The notes under the pieces were generated by a model, which did not search any database, was not told where the DNA came from, and worked only from the letters and a program-made list of their open reading frames with translations. Position numbers and translations under genes: made by a program. A stretch of DNA of 63,835 nucleotides, the filler included. It is 6 parts of 6 records of this genome, joined end to end, with 100 filler letters (N's around TTAATTAATTAA, not from the genome) between each part and the next. Parts side by side here need not be neighbours in the genome. Positions count along the whole stretch, not along the records: positions 1 to 26,907 come from DRR723986_5108; 5 more parts are not named here. The stretch is one strand, 5' to 3'. Of this stretch, positions 1-11,791 are shown in pieces (positions within the stretch are counted from its first letter, which is position 1; every line of letters begins with the position of its first letter).

Positions 1-474
1 GATGGAATAGTTGATGCCCTTGATCTTGAACGGCGTCGCCAGGCAGGCAGAGTTGGTGGAGCTCATGCCGCGGGTCACCATGAACGGGCCCATGCGCTTG
101 GGCGACCCTTTTTCCAGCACGATCTGGTGCGCCTGGAACAGGTTCTTGGTCGACGGACCACCGGAGCCCATGATCAGGCCGGTGCGCGGGTTGGAGATGT
201 CGGACTCTTCCAGACCGCTGTCGGCAATCGCCTGCTGCATGGAGATGTAGTTATAGGCGGCACCGTCGCCCATGAAGCGCAGCTGGCGCTTGTCGATGAG
301 CGAAGCGATATCGACATTCGGCATGCCGTGTACCTGGCTTCTGAAGCCGTGTTCCGCGTAATCCGGAGCGAAGCTGATGCCGGACTTGCCTTCTCGAAGG
401 CTGGACAGCACTTCTTCGGTGTTTGCTCCGATGGACGACACGATACCCATGCCGGTGACGACAACGCGTCTCAT
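1..474 (-). CDS. fabB: Beta-ketoacyl-ACP synthase I (5' part, runs off window start)
   Basis: Manual minus-strand translation from ATG 474: MRRVVVTGMGIVSSIGANTEEV...FKIKGINYSI. AGGAG RBS at 481-485. Downstream of fabA. Not in the ORF track because it is truncated. Confidence 0.93.
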   Translation of the reverse strand, partial: MRRVVVTGMGIVSSIGANTEEVLSSLREGKSGISFAPDYAEHGFRSQVHGMPNVDIASLIDKRQLRFMGDGAAYNYISMQQAIADSGLEESDISNPRTGLIMGSGGPSTKNLFQAHQIVLEKGSPKRMGPFMVTRGMSSTNSACLATPFKIKGINYSI

Positions 475-613
475 TGCGGTCTCCTATTGTCTTGACTGCA
501 CCACAGCTCTCAGGGGGTGTGTCGAGAGCCTGCAGGCACATACATAATATGCAAACCGGCGCCCCCAATGAAAAAGAAGCGCCGGTGCCATCAATTGATC
601 CTGCGAACGGGTG

Positions 614-1120
614 TCAGGTCTTTGCCAGGCCGACGCGCAAATCGGTCGCCTTGTAAATCTGTTCACCGTCCGCCTTCAACCAGCCGTCGGCAATGCCGAG
701 AACCAGGCGACCCTTCATGACCCGCTTGAAGTCGACACCGTATTCCACCAGCTTCACGTCCGGCGTAACCATGCCCTTGAACTTCACTTCACCGGTCGAC
801 AGGGCCATGCCCTTGCCTTCAAGGCCCAGCCAGCCAAGGAAGAAACCGGTCAGCTGCCACAGGGCGTCGAGACCAAGGCAGCCCGGCATTACCGGATTTC
901 CCTGGAAATGGCACGGGAAGAACCAGAGATCCGGCTTGATGTCGAACTCGGCGCGAGCGAACCCCTTGTCGAATTCACCGCCGGTTTCGGAAAGTTCCGT
1001 GATCCGGTCGAACATCAGCATCGGGGGAAGAGGCAGCTGGGCATTGCCCGGGCCAAACAGCTCGCCGCGGCCGCAGGCGAGAAGTGCTTCATAATCGTAG
1101 CTGGAGCGGCGATCGGTCAT
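614..1120 (-). CDS. fabA: 3-hydroxyacyl-ACP dehydratase/isomerase FabA
   Basis: [22 protein letters not shown] and [21 protein letters not shown] motifs. Start trimmed to ATG 1120. Confidence 0.96.
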   Translation of the reverse strand: MTDRRSSYDYEALLACGRGELFGPGNAQLPLPPMLMFDRITELSETGGEFDKGFARAEFDIKPDLWFFPCHFQGNPVMPGCLGLDALWQLTGFFLGWLGLEGKGMALSTGEVKFKGMVTPDVKLVEYGVDFKRVMKGRLVLGIADGWLKADGEQIYKATDLRVGLAKT

Positions 1121-1540
1121 TCGGGATCCGTGTTTTGTCTCCTGCCAGAGAAATTCCCAAGGCAGGTTTGGTTTGTTTTCGGTTCGTTTGAGGCGCCTTC
1201 CTAACACAGGGGAACCATGACCGAAAGATGTCACTTGCGCGAAGTTACTCGGTTTTTTCGGGCGTTTCGCCAAGTTTTGTGCGTATTCGACGTAATCTGC
1301 GCATCCGGCTCCGGGACACCGGCTTGCGGCTGTTTGGTCAGCGCTTGCACGAACCATCCGAACGCGCCGCAGTTGCGCCCTGATTTCCGCTCAGGTTGCC
1401 CTTTACGTTTAAAACTTGCATCTTGGGTACAAGAAATGGCAGATATAGGCCAATGTTAGTGAAAACGGCCCGGCGCAACGTTTGCGCGGCACATATTTGC
1501 GCCGTTTCAAGAAGCGACCCTGGACCTGGATCGGATCGGA

Positions 1541-1975
1541 ATGACAACACTTGTGGTGCATGAAACCGGCGACAAGAAGAATGTGACCGACATGCTGCGG
1601 TCTGCAGGCCTCCGGCCGACGCGCCAGCGTGTCTCGCTTGCAGAAATTCTGTACTCCCGGGGCGATCGCCACATCTCGGCCGAGCTGCTTCATGAAGAGG
1701 CGGTCGACGCCGATGTGCCGGTCTCTCTCGCAACTGTCTACAACACGCTGCACCAGTTCACCGAAGCCGGTCTGCTGCGCGAAGTCGCGATCGACGGCAA
1801 CAAGACCTACTTCGACACCAATGTGTCCGACCACCATCACTTCTTCATCGAAGGCGAAAACCGGGTGATCGACATTCCGGGCGAAGGTGTGGGCATCGGC
1901 GCTCTGCCGAAAGCACCCGAAGGCATGGAAATCGTTCGTGTCGACGTGGTCGTACGCGTTCGCGAGAAACGCTGA
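1541..1975 (+). CDS. irr: Fur-family iron response regulator Irr
   Basis: GLRPTRQR, SLATVYNTLHQF and the HHH motif (SDHHHFF). Divergent from fabA, a common alphaproteobacterial arrangement. Confidence 0.88.
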   Translation: MTTLVVHETGDKKNVTDMLRSAGLRPTRQRVSLAEILYSRGDRHISAELLHEEAVDADVPVSLATVYNTLHQFTEAGLLREVAIDGNKTYFDTNVSDHHHFFIEGENRVIDIPGEGVGIGALPKAPEGMEIVRVDVVVRVREKR

Positions 1976-2000
1976 CCGTCACGATTGATTGCGGCGGCCC

Positions 2001-2549
2001 TCAGGCCAGACCGCTTTCCACATAACGCAATTTCCATTCGTAATAGTCGGAGGTCGTCCCGATCTCCGCCAGATGCCGCTGGCCATCCGGCTCGAAGCCA
2101 AGTTTCTTCAGGAGGTTGGCGGAGCGGACGTTCTCCGGATGCGTGATCGCGCACAGCGTGCGCAGCTTCAGTTCCCGGGTAACGAAGTCCAGTACGCTCT
2201 GCCCGGCCTCGCGGCCGAACCCCTTTCCGCGGTGGTCTTCCAGAAAGGCAAAACCAAGGTCCGGGTACTTCAGTTCCTTGCGCACCACCAGACCGCACAC
2301 ACCAACCGGTGTCAGCGATGGTTTCAGATCCAGGATCCAAAGCCCGACTCCATGGGCGGCAAAGCGCGCCAGCGTCTTGTTCTTGATGTAGTTGGCCGCG
2401 TCTTCCTCGGTCTTGATACCGTGGTCGGCGATAAATCGGATGTAATCCGGCTCATTCATGAGCTGGTGGTAAAAAGCGGCATCATTGCTGGAAGGCAAGC
2501 GGAAGCGAAGCCTCTCGCTCACGGGAAATGGTCCAAGCGGGAAACTCAC
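2001..2549 (-). CDS. GNAT N-acetyltransferase (RimJ/RimL-like)
   Basis: DLGFAFLEDHRGKGFGREA and NVRSANLLKKLGF motifs. Overlaps the nth stop. Confidence 0.85.
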   Translation of the reverse strand: MSFPLGPFPVSERLRFRLPSSNDAAFYHQLMNEPDYIRFIADHGIKTEEDAANYIKNKTLARFAAHGVGLWILDLKPSLTPVGVCGLVVRKELKYPDLGFAFLEDHRGKGFGREAGQSVLDFVTRELKLRTLCAITHPENVRSANLLKKLGFEPDGQRHLAEIGTTSDYYEWKLRYVESGLA

Positions 2550-3361
2550 GCAACTGTTTCCTTTTCAATAAGGGCTTTGGTGCGCAGGGCAATATCCGGC
2601 ACCGCATCAAAAAGTTCTTTCTCCGTGCTCCGGCACAGATCGTAAATCACACAGCGCCGGCACTCCGGTTTGCGCGCCTTGCAGATGTACCGGCCATGCA
2701 GGATGAGCCAGTGGTGGGCATGGAGCGCAAATTCCACCGGCACGACTTTCTCCATCGCTTTTTCCACGTCGAGAGGCGTCTTGCCGGGGGCAATGCCTAT
2801 GCGGTTGCCCAGGCGAAACAGATGCGTGTCGACGGCAATGGTCGGGTGGCCGAAGAAGATGTTCAGAACCACATTCGCGGTCTTCCGGCCGACACCTGGC
2901 AGCGCTTCCAGCGCTTCGCGGTCTTCCGGAACCTCGCCGCCATGGTCGCGGATCAGCTGCTCGGACAACAGGATGACGTTCTTGGCCTTGTTTTTGTAAA
3001 GGCCGATCGTCTTTATTTCTTCCCGCACCCGGTCCTCCCCGAGCGCCACCATCTTTTCCGGTGTGTCGGCAATCTGGAACAGGTGTCTTGTTGCCCGGTT
3101 CACGCCAACGTCGGTTGCCTGGGCCGACAGCACCACAGCAACCAGAAGCGTGAAAGCATTGACATAATCCAGTTCGCCCTTCGGTTCCGGGTTGTCGGCA
3201 TGGAAGCGCTGGAAGATCGCAAAGGTTTCCGCCTTCGTATAGCGGGACCGTTTCAGCACCTTGCCGGGGTTGTCCACGGAGGGTGCTTTTCTCCGGGTCT
3301 GTTTGGATTTTGCGGGCCGGCGTGCTGCCGCAGTCTTGGAAGGGCTCTTTGCTTGCGTCAT
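2546..3361 (-). CDS. nth: Endonuclease III
   Basis: LVAVVLSAQATD, HhH LPGVGRKTANVV, VDTH and the Fe-S motif CKARKPECRRCVIYDLC. Start uncertain. Confidence 0.95.
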   Translation of the reverse strand: MTQAKSPSKTAAARRPAKSKQTRRKAPSVDNPGKVLKRSRYTKAETFAIFQRFHADNPEPKGELDYVNAFTLLVAVVLSAQATDVGVNRATRHLFQIADTPEKMVALGEDRVREEIKTIGLYKNKAKNVILLSEQLIRDHGGEVPEDREALEALPGVGRKTANVVLNIFFGHPTIAVDTHLFRLGNRIGIAPGKTPLDVEKAMEKVVPVEFALHAHHWLILHGRYICKARKPECRRCVIYDLCRSTEKELFDAVPDIALRTKALIEKETVA

Positions 3362-3383
3362 CTTCTCTCTATAATCATGCCTC

Positions 3384-3905
3384 ATGAGCGAGAACAATCC
3401 GAAACCCCTGCGGGATGGTGAATTGCCGGATCAGGACCGGCCGTTTTTCACTGCCGTCCTGACCCCTCACCGGTCTCTGGGGCCAAACGGATTCCTGGTT
3501 CTCATGTGCTTCTTCGGCGGTGTCAGTTTCATCGCCGGTATTCTGTTTCTGCGTATCGGCGCCTGGCCGGTTTTCGGGTTCTTCGGACTTGATATCGCGC
3601 TGCTCTGGTTTGCCTTTCGGATGAACTACCACTCCGCCCGAACTTTCGAGGAAGTGGTCGTCTCGCGGCACGAGATCGCGATCCGCAAGGTTGGCCCGGG
3701 CAAGAAATACCAGGAATACCGTTTCAATCCCTTCTGGGTCCGCCTGACGGTGGACCGGATCGAGGACGAAGGGGTCGTCAAGGTGACCCTCCTCAGTCGG
3801 GGTGAACAGGTCGATCTCGGCAATTTCCTGAATCCCGATGACAGAACGAGTTTTGCCGGTGCCATGGCCAATGCGTTGTCCGTCGCCAAGTCAGGCGGTG
3901 TCTAG
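3384..3905 (+). CDS. DUF2244 family membrane protein
   Basis: LTPHRSLGPNGF...GAWPVFGFFGLD...FNPFWVRL pattern. Divergent from nth. Confidence 0.85.
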   Translation: MSENNPKPLRDGELPDQDRPFFTAVLTPHRSLGPNGFLVLMCFFGGVSFIAGILFLRIGAWPVFGFFGLDIALLWFAFRMNYHSARTFEEVVVSRHEIAIRKVGPGKKYQEYRFNPFWVRLTVDRIEDEGVVKVTLLSRGEQVDLGNFLNPDDRTSFAGAMANALSVAKSGGV

Positions 3906-5089
3906 GCTCCTTCTTCAATGACTTTGGGCTGCACCTTGAGCGTTGCAAGCAGAACGGCCAGGGCCGCGGTTGCCGAAAGCGCTGCGGTGTAAAGCACGGT
4001 CTGAAAGCTGGCCGCACTGGCGATGAAACCCATCGAAATGCTGCCGATCATGCCACCGAGGAACAGGCTGTTCATGTAAACCGCCGTTGCCCGGCCCGGC
4101 CGGTCCGGTGCGAAGCTCTGCACGAAGCTGATCGCGACACCGGCAAACAGGCCATAATAAGTCCCTTCCAGTACCGCGATGGCCAGCACCTGCCAGAGTG
4201 CGGTCACCTGGGCAAACAGCACCATGCTGACCGCGGCAAGGCACGCTGCCAGCATCAGCACTTGGCGAACGCCGATGCGCTCGGCAAGGCGAACCGAGCC
4301 GAAGATGACAAAGACTTCCAGCAGGCATTTGACCGACAGTGCCAAGCCGGGTGTTGCGCCGGGCAGATGTGTTTCCTGCACGAAGAACAGCGGCATCGCC
4401 GAGACGAACAGCGAATTGGTGATGACAAAGCCAAGGCAGGTTAGCCCGGCAATCTGAAGACCCCAGTTGATCGGCGCCTTGCCGTTTGTCTTGGAACGCT
4501 CTCGTGCTGACCTGAAGTCCGCCGGAACGACAATGTACCAGAGCATCAGGTAGACAATGCCGATCGCAAAGGCGCACAGGAAGGCGGCGGCAAAGCCGAA
4601 GGCTGCAACCACCGAAAAGGAGACCGCCGGCCCGATCATCCATGCAAGTGAAACCATCATGCGCAGCCAGGAATTGACCCTGGCAACGTCCATGCCCTCC
4701 TGTTCGGCAAAAAGGCGGCCGAAGGTAAAGACGACACCCGCGCCCATGTTGGAAAGGCTCATCAGGGGGGCGATCAGAACGAGCAGCATCACCAGACTGC
4801 TGATCTGAGTCAGCAGCGCGGCGAGCGTGATATAGGCGACAACAGAGACGACCAGCAGGCTCTTGACCGGGAAACGGTTGTCCAGCCGTTCGCCTGCCCA
4901 TCGATTGACGGCCAGCGTCAGCGGCATCACCAGACCGGAGTAAAGACCCACCTGCCAGGGTTCGGCGCCCAGCCCTTCCACAATGAAAAAACTCATCAGC
5001 GGCACCAGCGCCGAAACGCCGAGGCTGTTGGTGAATTGAAGAAGCAGAATCAGCAATGCCTGTCGGGGCAGTTGCAGGAGGGACAACAT
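3902..5089 (-). CDS. MFS transporter (sugar efflux SetA-like)
   Basis: About 12 hydrophobic segments. SLAWMIGP and FVQSFAPDRPGRATAVYMN resemble the Set family. Confidence 0.8.
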   Translation of the reverse strand: MLSLLQLPRQALLILLLQFTNSLGVSALVPLMSFFIVEGLGAEPWQVGLYSGLVMPLTLAVNRWAGERLDNRFPVKSLLVVSVVAYITLAALLTQISSLVMLLVLIAPLMSLSNMGAGVVFTFGRLFAEQEGMDVARVNSWLRMMVSLAWMIGPAVSFSVVAAFGFAAAFLCAFAIGIVYLMLWYIVVPADFRSARERSKTNGKAPINWGLQIAGLTCLGFVITNSLFVSAMPLFFVQETHLPGATPGLALSVKCLLEVFVIFGSVRLAERIGVRQVLMLAACLAAVSMVLFAQVTALWQVLAIAVLEGTYYGLFAGVAISFVQSFAPDRPGRATAVYMNSLFLGGMIGSISMGFIASAASFQTVLYTAALSATAALAVLLATLKVQPKVIEEGA

Positions 5090-5273
5090 GACGATCGCCG
5101 GAAAAGTGAAATAAGCAAGAATTACAACCTAACTGGGTTGTATCGCCTCGTCACCGCTTTTTTTGCCGAACGCGCGTCTGCCGATTGCGCAGCCCGTTTC
5201 GGAAAGTTTCGAAAACCAGACATTCCCGAACGCTATCGTCACTCAAATCAGCGGCACAATTCGAACCTGACAA

Positions 5274-8000
5274 CTAGTCGTCCGGGGTCAATCGCAATGT
5301 CTTCAGCCGGTACAGCGCTTCCAGCGCTTCGCGCGGGGTCATGTCATCCGGATTGATTGCCTCGAGAGCGACCGAAACAGGATCGGGTTCCGCAAACCCT
5401 GCCGGAGCGCTGGACGCAGGCGCGGTCAGGCTGGCGAAAAGCGGCAGTTCGTCGATCAGGCTCTCAGCCGGCGAGCGGCGGTCCTGCTCTTCCAGCTGGC
5501 TGAGCACCTGCTTGGATCTTTCGACGACGGATACCGGCAGACCAGCCAGCTTGGCCACCTGAATGCCGTAGGATCGGTCGGCTGCACCGGGAACGATCTC
5601 GTGCAGGAAGATAACGTCGCCCTTCCATTCCTTCACCGAGACGGTGGCATTTGAAAGCCGGGCCAGCTTGGCGGAAAGGGCAGTCAGTTCGTGGTAGTGA
5701 GTCGCAAACAGGGCACGGGACCTGTTGACCTCATGAAGATGTTCGATCGTCGCCCAGGCAATCGACAGGCCGTCGAACGTCGCCGTTCCACGGCCGATTT
5801 CGTCCAGGATCACGAGTGAGCGGTCACCGGCCTGATTGAGGATTGCAGCGGTCTCGACCATCTCCACCATGAAGGTGGATCGGCCACGCGCAAGATCGTC
5901 TGCCGCGCCGACGCGGGAGAACAACCTGTCGACCACGCCGATATGGGCTGCTGCTGCCGGCACATATCCGCCCATCTGGGCCATCACGGCAATCAGTGCG
6001 TTCTGGCGCAGGAAAGTCGATTTACCGGCCATGTTCGGACCGGTAATCAGCCAGATATGGCCGATATCCTCGTCCGCTTCCGGACCGAGATTGGCATCAT
6101 TGGCAACAAAACTGTCGCCGCCGGACTTCTTCAGCGCCTTTTCGACCACTGGATGACGTCCACCCTTGATGTCGAAGGCGCGGCTGTCATCGACCACGGG
6201 CCGGACATAGCTTTCTTCCTGGGCAAGTTTCGCAAGCGCCGCCGAAACATCCAGAATGCTGAGGCCGTGGGCAGCGGCCTTGATTGCTTCCCCTGCGTCG
6301 ATGATCGACTTGGCAAGCCGGTCGAAGATTTCCAGCTCGATGGCAAGCGAGCGTTCGCCGGCACTGGCGATCTTCGATTCCAGATCCGCCAGCTCCGTGG
6401 TGGTGAAGCGCATGGCGCCGGCCATGGTCTGGCGGTGGATGAACCGACCGGGATCTGCGGTCAGCTTTTCCGTCTGCGCGGAAGGCGCCTCGATGAACCA
6501 GCCGAGCACATTGTTGTGCTTGATCTTCAGCGACCTCAGGCCGAGTTCTTCCGAATAGTCTGCCTGAAGCTTCGCGATGACCTTTCGGCTTTCGTCGCGC
6601 AGGGAGCGCAGTTCGTCCAGATCGGCGTTGTAACCGGTGGCGATGAAACCGCCGTCGCGTTTCAGAAGCGGCGGCTCTTCTTTCAGCGCCGTCGTCAATT
6701 CGCTGCCGAGATCGTGCGGAGCCTGTTCAAGACTGGCGCGCGCAGCAGCGATTTCCGCCGGAATCGTTCCCGCCGTCGCACTGGTCTGGTCGAGCACTGC
6801 CCGCGCGGCCTCAAGCCCCTGGGCAACCGACAGAATATCGCGCGGCCCGCCGCGGTTGAGCGCGATCCGCGACAGGGCCCGGGCCATGTCCGGGGCGCCT
6901 TTCAGCGTCTGGCGCAGGCCTTCGCGCATGATTTCGTTTTCAAGAAAGAAGGCAACGCCGTCGAGCCTGTGCTGGATCGCATCCACATTGACCAGCGGTC
7001 CGGCCAGGCGGCTGGCGAGCAGGCGTGAGCCGCCGCCTGTCACTGTCCGGTCGATCGTCGCCAGCAGCGAGCCCTGCTTTTCGCCGGAAAGCGTGCGGGA
7101 CAGCTCGAGATTGGCCCGGGTTGCCGGATCGATCAGCATGCGCCCGGCGCCGGCCTCGCGCACGGGCGGATCCAGCGGAGGGCGTTCGCCGAGCTGGGTC
7201 TTCTCGATGTAGGCAAGAATGCCGGCGGCGGCGGAAAGCTCCGCCCGGCTGAAGGTGCCGAAGCCGTCGAGGGTCTTCACACCAAAGTAATGCGCAAGCC
7301 GGTCCGTGGCGGTGGAACTGTCGAAAAAGGCACGCGGCACCGGTGACAGCGCACCACCGGCCTGTTCGGCAGTCAGGCGCAACTCGCTTTCCTGCAGCAG
7401 ATTGTCCGACAGGATGAGTTCGCGCGGGGAAACCTGGGCAAGGTCGGCGGCAAGGCGCTGATGATCGGTTTCCGACACCTGGAAGGAGCCGGTGGACATG
7501 TCGATCCAGGCAAGACCATAGACCGCGCTGCCGTCTAGCGAACCGCCCTTCAACCGGGTCAGCGCCATCAGGTAGTTGTTGGTACCGGCATCCAGCAGGC
7601 GCTCTTCCGTCAGCGTTCCGGGGGTGACGAGGCGCACGACATCGCGCCGGACCACGGATTTGGAGCCGCGTTTCTTGGCCTCGGCCGGATCTTCCGTCTG
7701 TTCGCAGACCGATACCCGGTGCCCCTTGGCAATCAGCTTGTTGAGATAGTCGTCGGCTGCATGCACCGGCACGCCGCACATCGGTATGTCGGCACCCTGG
7801 TGCTTGCCGCGCTTGGTCAGCGTGATGCCAAGCGCGGCGGAGGCAACTTCGGCGTCTTCGAAAAACAGTTCGTAGAAATCGCCCATCCGGTAGAACAGAA
7901 GGCTGTCCGGATTGGCAGCCTTGATCTCCAGGAACTGGGCCATCATTGGCGTGACCTTGCTGTCCGCCGGGGTGATTTCTTGCGCGCTCTGTCCACTCAT
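5274..8000 (-). CDS. mutS: DNA mismatch repair protein MutS
   Basis: [19 protein letters not shown], Walker [25 protein letters not shown]. Confidence 0.98.
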   Translation of the reverse strand: MSGQSAQEITPADSKVTPMMAQFLEIKAANPDSLLFYRMGDFYELFFEDAEVASAALGITLTKRGKHQGADIPMCGVPVHAADDYLNKLIAKGHRVSVCEQTEDPAEAKKRGSKSVVRRDVVRLVTPGTLTEERLLDAGTNNYLMALTRLKGGSLDGSAVYGLAWIDMSTGSFQVSETDHQRLAADLAQVSPRELILSDNLLQESELRLTAEQAGGALSPVPRAFFDSSTATDRLAHYFGVKTLDGFGTFSRAELSAAAGILAYIEKTQLGERPPLDPPVREAGAGRMLIDPATRANLELSRTLSGEKQGSLLATIDRTVTGGGSRLLASRLAGPLVNVDAIQHRLDGVAFFLENEIMREGLRQTLKGAPDMARALSRIALNRGGPRDILSVAQGLEAARAVLDQTSATAGTIPAEIAAARASLEQAPHDLGSELTTALKEEPPLLKRDGGFIATGYNADLDELRSLRDESRKVIAKLQADYSEELGLRSLKIKHNNVLGWFIEAPSAQTEKLTADPGRFIHRQTMAGAMRFTTTELADLESKIASAGERSLAIELEIFDRLAKSIIDAGEAIKAAAHGLSILDVSAALAKLAQEESYVRPVVDDSRAFDIKGGRHPVVEKALKKSGGDSFVANDANLGPEADEDIGHIWLITGPNMAGKSTFLRQNALIAVMAQMGGYVPAAAAHIGVVDRLFSRVGAADDLARGRSTFMVEMVETAAILNQAGDRSLVILDEIGRGTATFDGLSIAWATIEHLHEVNRSRALFATHYHELTALSAKLARLSNATVSVKEWKGDVIFLHEIVPGAADRSYGIQVAKLAGLPVSVVERSKQVLSQLEEQDRRSPAESLIDELPLFASLTAPASSAPAGFAEPDPVSVALEAINPDDMTPREALEALYRLKTLRLTPDD

Positions 8001-8134
8001 GCCTGATACCTAGCAAACTGAGCGGACCATTCCACCAAGGGCCTATTCCATCTTGGCTTGAGGCTTCATTTTCCAGGGGATAAGGTCGGGCTCCCGCCCC
8101 GTAAAGAGAGCGCGCAAGAGGAAACGCCCAAACC

Positions 8135-10417
<2,283 letters not shown>

Positions 10418-10442
10418 GGTGGTTGATTATTCCGCTGAATTA

Positions 10443-10487
10443 GGGGCACCCCGATCCCGGGTCGCGCTTTGCTTGCCCGGGATGACG
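10443..10487 (-). repeat. CGTC-tagged palindromic repeat, copy A
   Basis: Minus strand reads CGTC-ATCCCGGG-CAAGCAAAGCGCGA-CCCGGGAT-CGGGGTGCCCC. Confidence 0.9.
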
Positions 10488-10506
10488 ACTGAAAGGTTTT
10501 TACCAG

Positions 10507-10568
10507 ACCTATCTTCGTCATCCCGGACGCAGCGCAGCGGAGATCCGGGATCGGGGAGCCACCCCAAA
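10507..10568 (+). repeat. CGTC-tagged palindromic repeat, copy B (left direct repeat of GIY-YIG gene)
   Basis: ACCTATCTT-CGTC-ATCCCGGA-CGCAGCGCAGCGGAGA-TCCGGGAT-CGGGGAGCCACCCCAAA. Confidence 0.92.
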
Positions 10569-10595
10569 CCTCTCGAAACCCGGAGTGACCATCGC

Positions 10596-10883
10596 TTGAC
10601 AGCCTGGGTCTACATCCTTGCCTCGCGACCGTTCGAAACTCTTTACACGGGCGTGACGACGGACTTGGCCCGCCGGGTTTACGAGCACCGCGAAGGTCTG
10701 ATTGTGGGTTTTTCCTACCGATACGGAACGAAATCCCTGGTCTGGTACGAACAGCACGAAGAGAGCGGGGCCGCGATTGCCCGCGAAAAACAGATCAAGC
10801 GTTGGCGCCGACAATGGAAATTCGATCTGATCGAGAAGATGAATCCGGGCTGGCAGGATCTCTATCTGGAGCTCAATCGGTAA
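10596..10883 (+). CDS. Stand-alone GIY-YIG nuclease family protein (95 aa)
   Basis: AWVYIL..LYTGVTTDLARRVYEH..LVWYE..AIAREKQIKRWRRQWK..LIEKMNPGWQDL. TTG start at 10596 with GGAG about 10 nt upstream. Confidence 0.9.
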   Translation: MTAWVYILASRPFETLYTGVTTDLARRVYEHREGLIVGFSYRYGTKSLVWYEQHEESGAAIAREKQIKRWRRQWKFDLIEKMNPGWQDLYLELNR

Positions 10884-10896
10884 TCATTGTCCGGAC

Positions 10897-10960
10897 ACCT
10901 ATCGTCGTCATCCCGGACGCAGCGCAACGCAGCGAAGATCCGGGATCGGGGAGCCCCAAA
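10897..10960 (+). repeat. CGTC-tagged palindromic repeat, copy C (right direct repeat of GIY-YIG gene)
   Basis: ACCTATCGT-CGTC-ATCCCGGA-CGCAGCGCAACGCAGCGAAGA-TCCGGGAT-CGGGGAGCCCCAAA; nearly identical to copy B. Confidence 0.92.
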
Positions 10961-11074
10961 GCGCTGCGGCAACACACATGGAAATCCAAAGTCCGGTGTC
11001 TCGTCGTACTCAAGCTGCAAGTCACTCGACAGGGGTGTAATTGCGCCTTTTCGCGTCGCGACAGCTAAACTTTT

Positions 11075-11111
11075 TTGACAAACCCTGCCCCAACGGCGAT
11101 ACCTCGAAACC
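11075..11111 (+). promoter_or_regulatory. Putative sigma70 promoter of trpF (possibly leaderless)
   Basis: TTGACA at 11075-11080, weak -10 (GATACC) 17 nt later, ATG 8 nt after that, no RBS. Confidence 0.45.
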
Positions 11112-11768
11112 ATGTCGGATATTAAAGTCAAAATCTGCGGTCTTTCGACCGAGGACACCATGGCGGCGGCGCTGGATGCCGGTGCCGATATGGTCGGGTT
11201 GATGTTCTTCCCGAAGAGCCCGCGTCATGTGTCGCTCAGCCAGGCCTGCCGGCTGGCCGATATGGCGCGCGGCCGGGCGGAGATCGTGGCGGTAACCGTC
11301 AACATGGATCTCGACGGCCTGTCGCGTATCAACGAGCTGGTGAAGCCCGATACATTCCAGTTTCATGGCGAGGAAGCTCCGGAAGCCCTGGCAGCGGCCA
11401 AGGTGATGCAGGGCACCAAGGTCATGAAGGCGATTTCGATTTCCGACCGTTCAGATCTGGAGCAGGCGCACTATTATGCTGTTGTGGCAGATCGTCTCCT
11501 GTTCGATGCCAAGCCGCCGAAAGGGTCCGAACTGCCTGGCGGTAACGGCGTTTCCTACGACTGGACGATCCTGAAAGACCTTGACCTGAAGAAGCCCTTC
11601 ATGCTTTCCGGAGGACTTGATCCGGAGAACGTCGCCGAGGCGATCCGTTTGAGCGGCGTCAGCGAGGTGGATGTTTCCTCCGGCGTCGAGCGGGAAAAGG
11701 GCGTCAAGGACAGTGGTCTCATTCGCGCATTCTTGGCGGCGGCCAAGGGCGTCAAGGTTCCGGGCTGA
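11112..11768 (+). CDS. trpF: Phosphoribosylanthranilate isomerase
   Basis: VKICGL, FFPKSPRHVS, QFHGEE, LSGGLDPENV, DVSSGVE. Confidence 0.96.
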   Translation: MSDIKVKICGLSTEDTMAAALDAGADMVGLMFFPKSPRHVSLSQACRLADMARGRAEIVAVTVNMDLDGLSRINELVKPDTFQFHGEEAPEALAAAKVMQGTKVMKAISISDRSDLEQAHYYAVVADRLLFDAKPPKGSELPGGNGVSYDWTILKDLDLKKPFMLSGGLDPENVAEAIRLSGVSEVDVSSGVEREKGVKDSGLIRAFLAAAKGVKVPG

Positions 11769-11791
11769 ACCCCGGGTGAAGGAGTAAACGC

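Noticed and set aside
10419-10595. 59-aa N-terminal extension of the GIY-YIG ORF reading through repeats A and B
   Set aside because: The GTG lies immediately after the maeB stop without its own RBS, and the extension is translated repeat sequence. TTG 10596 has an RBS and gives the typical ~95-aa size. Read-through is not strictly excluded.
10443-10960. Repeats A, B and C as a CRISPR array
   Set aside because: Mixed orientation, irregular spacing, a gene between copies, variable loop length and no cas genes.
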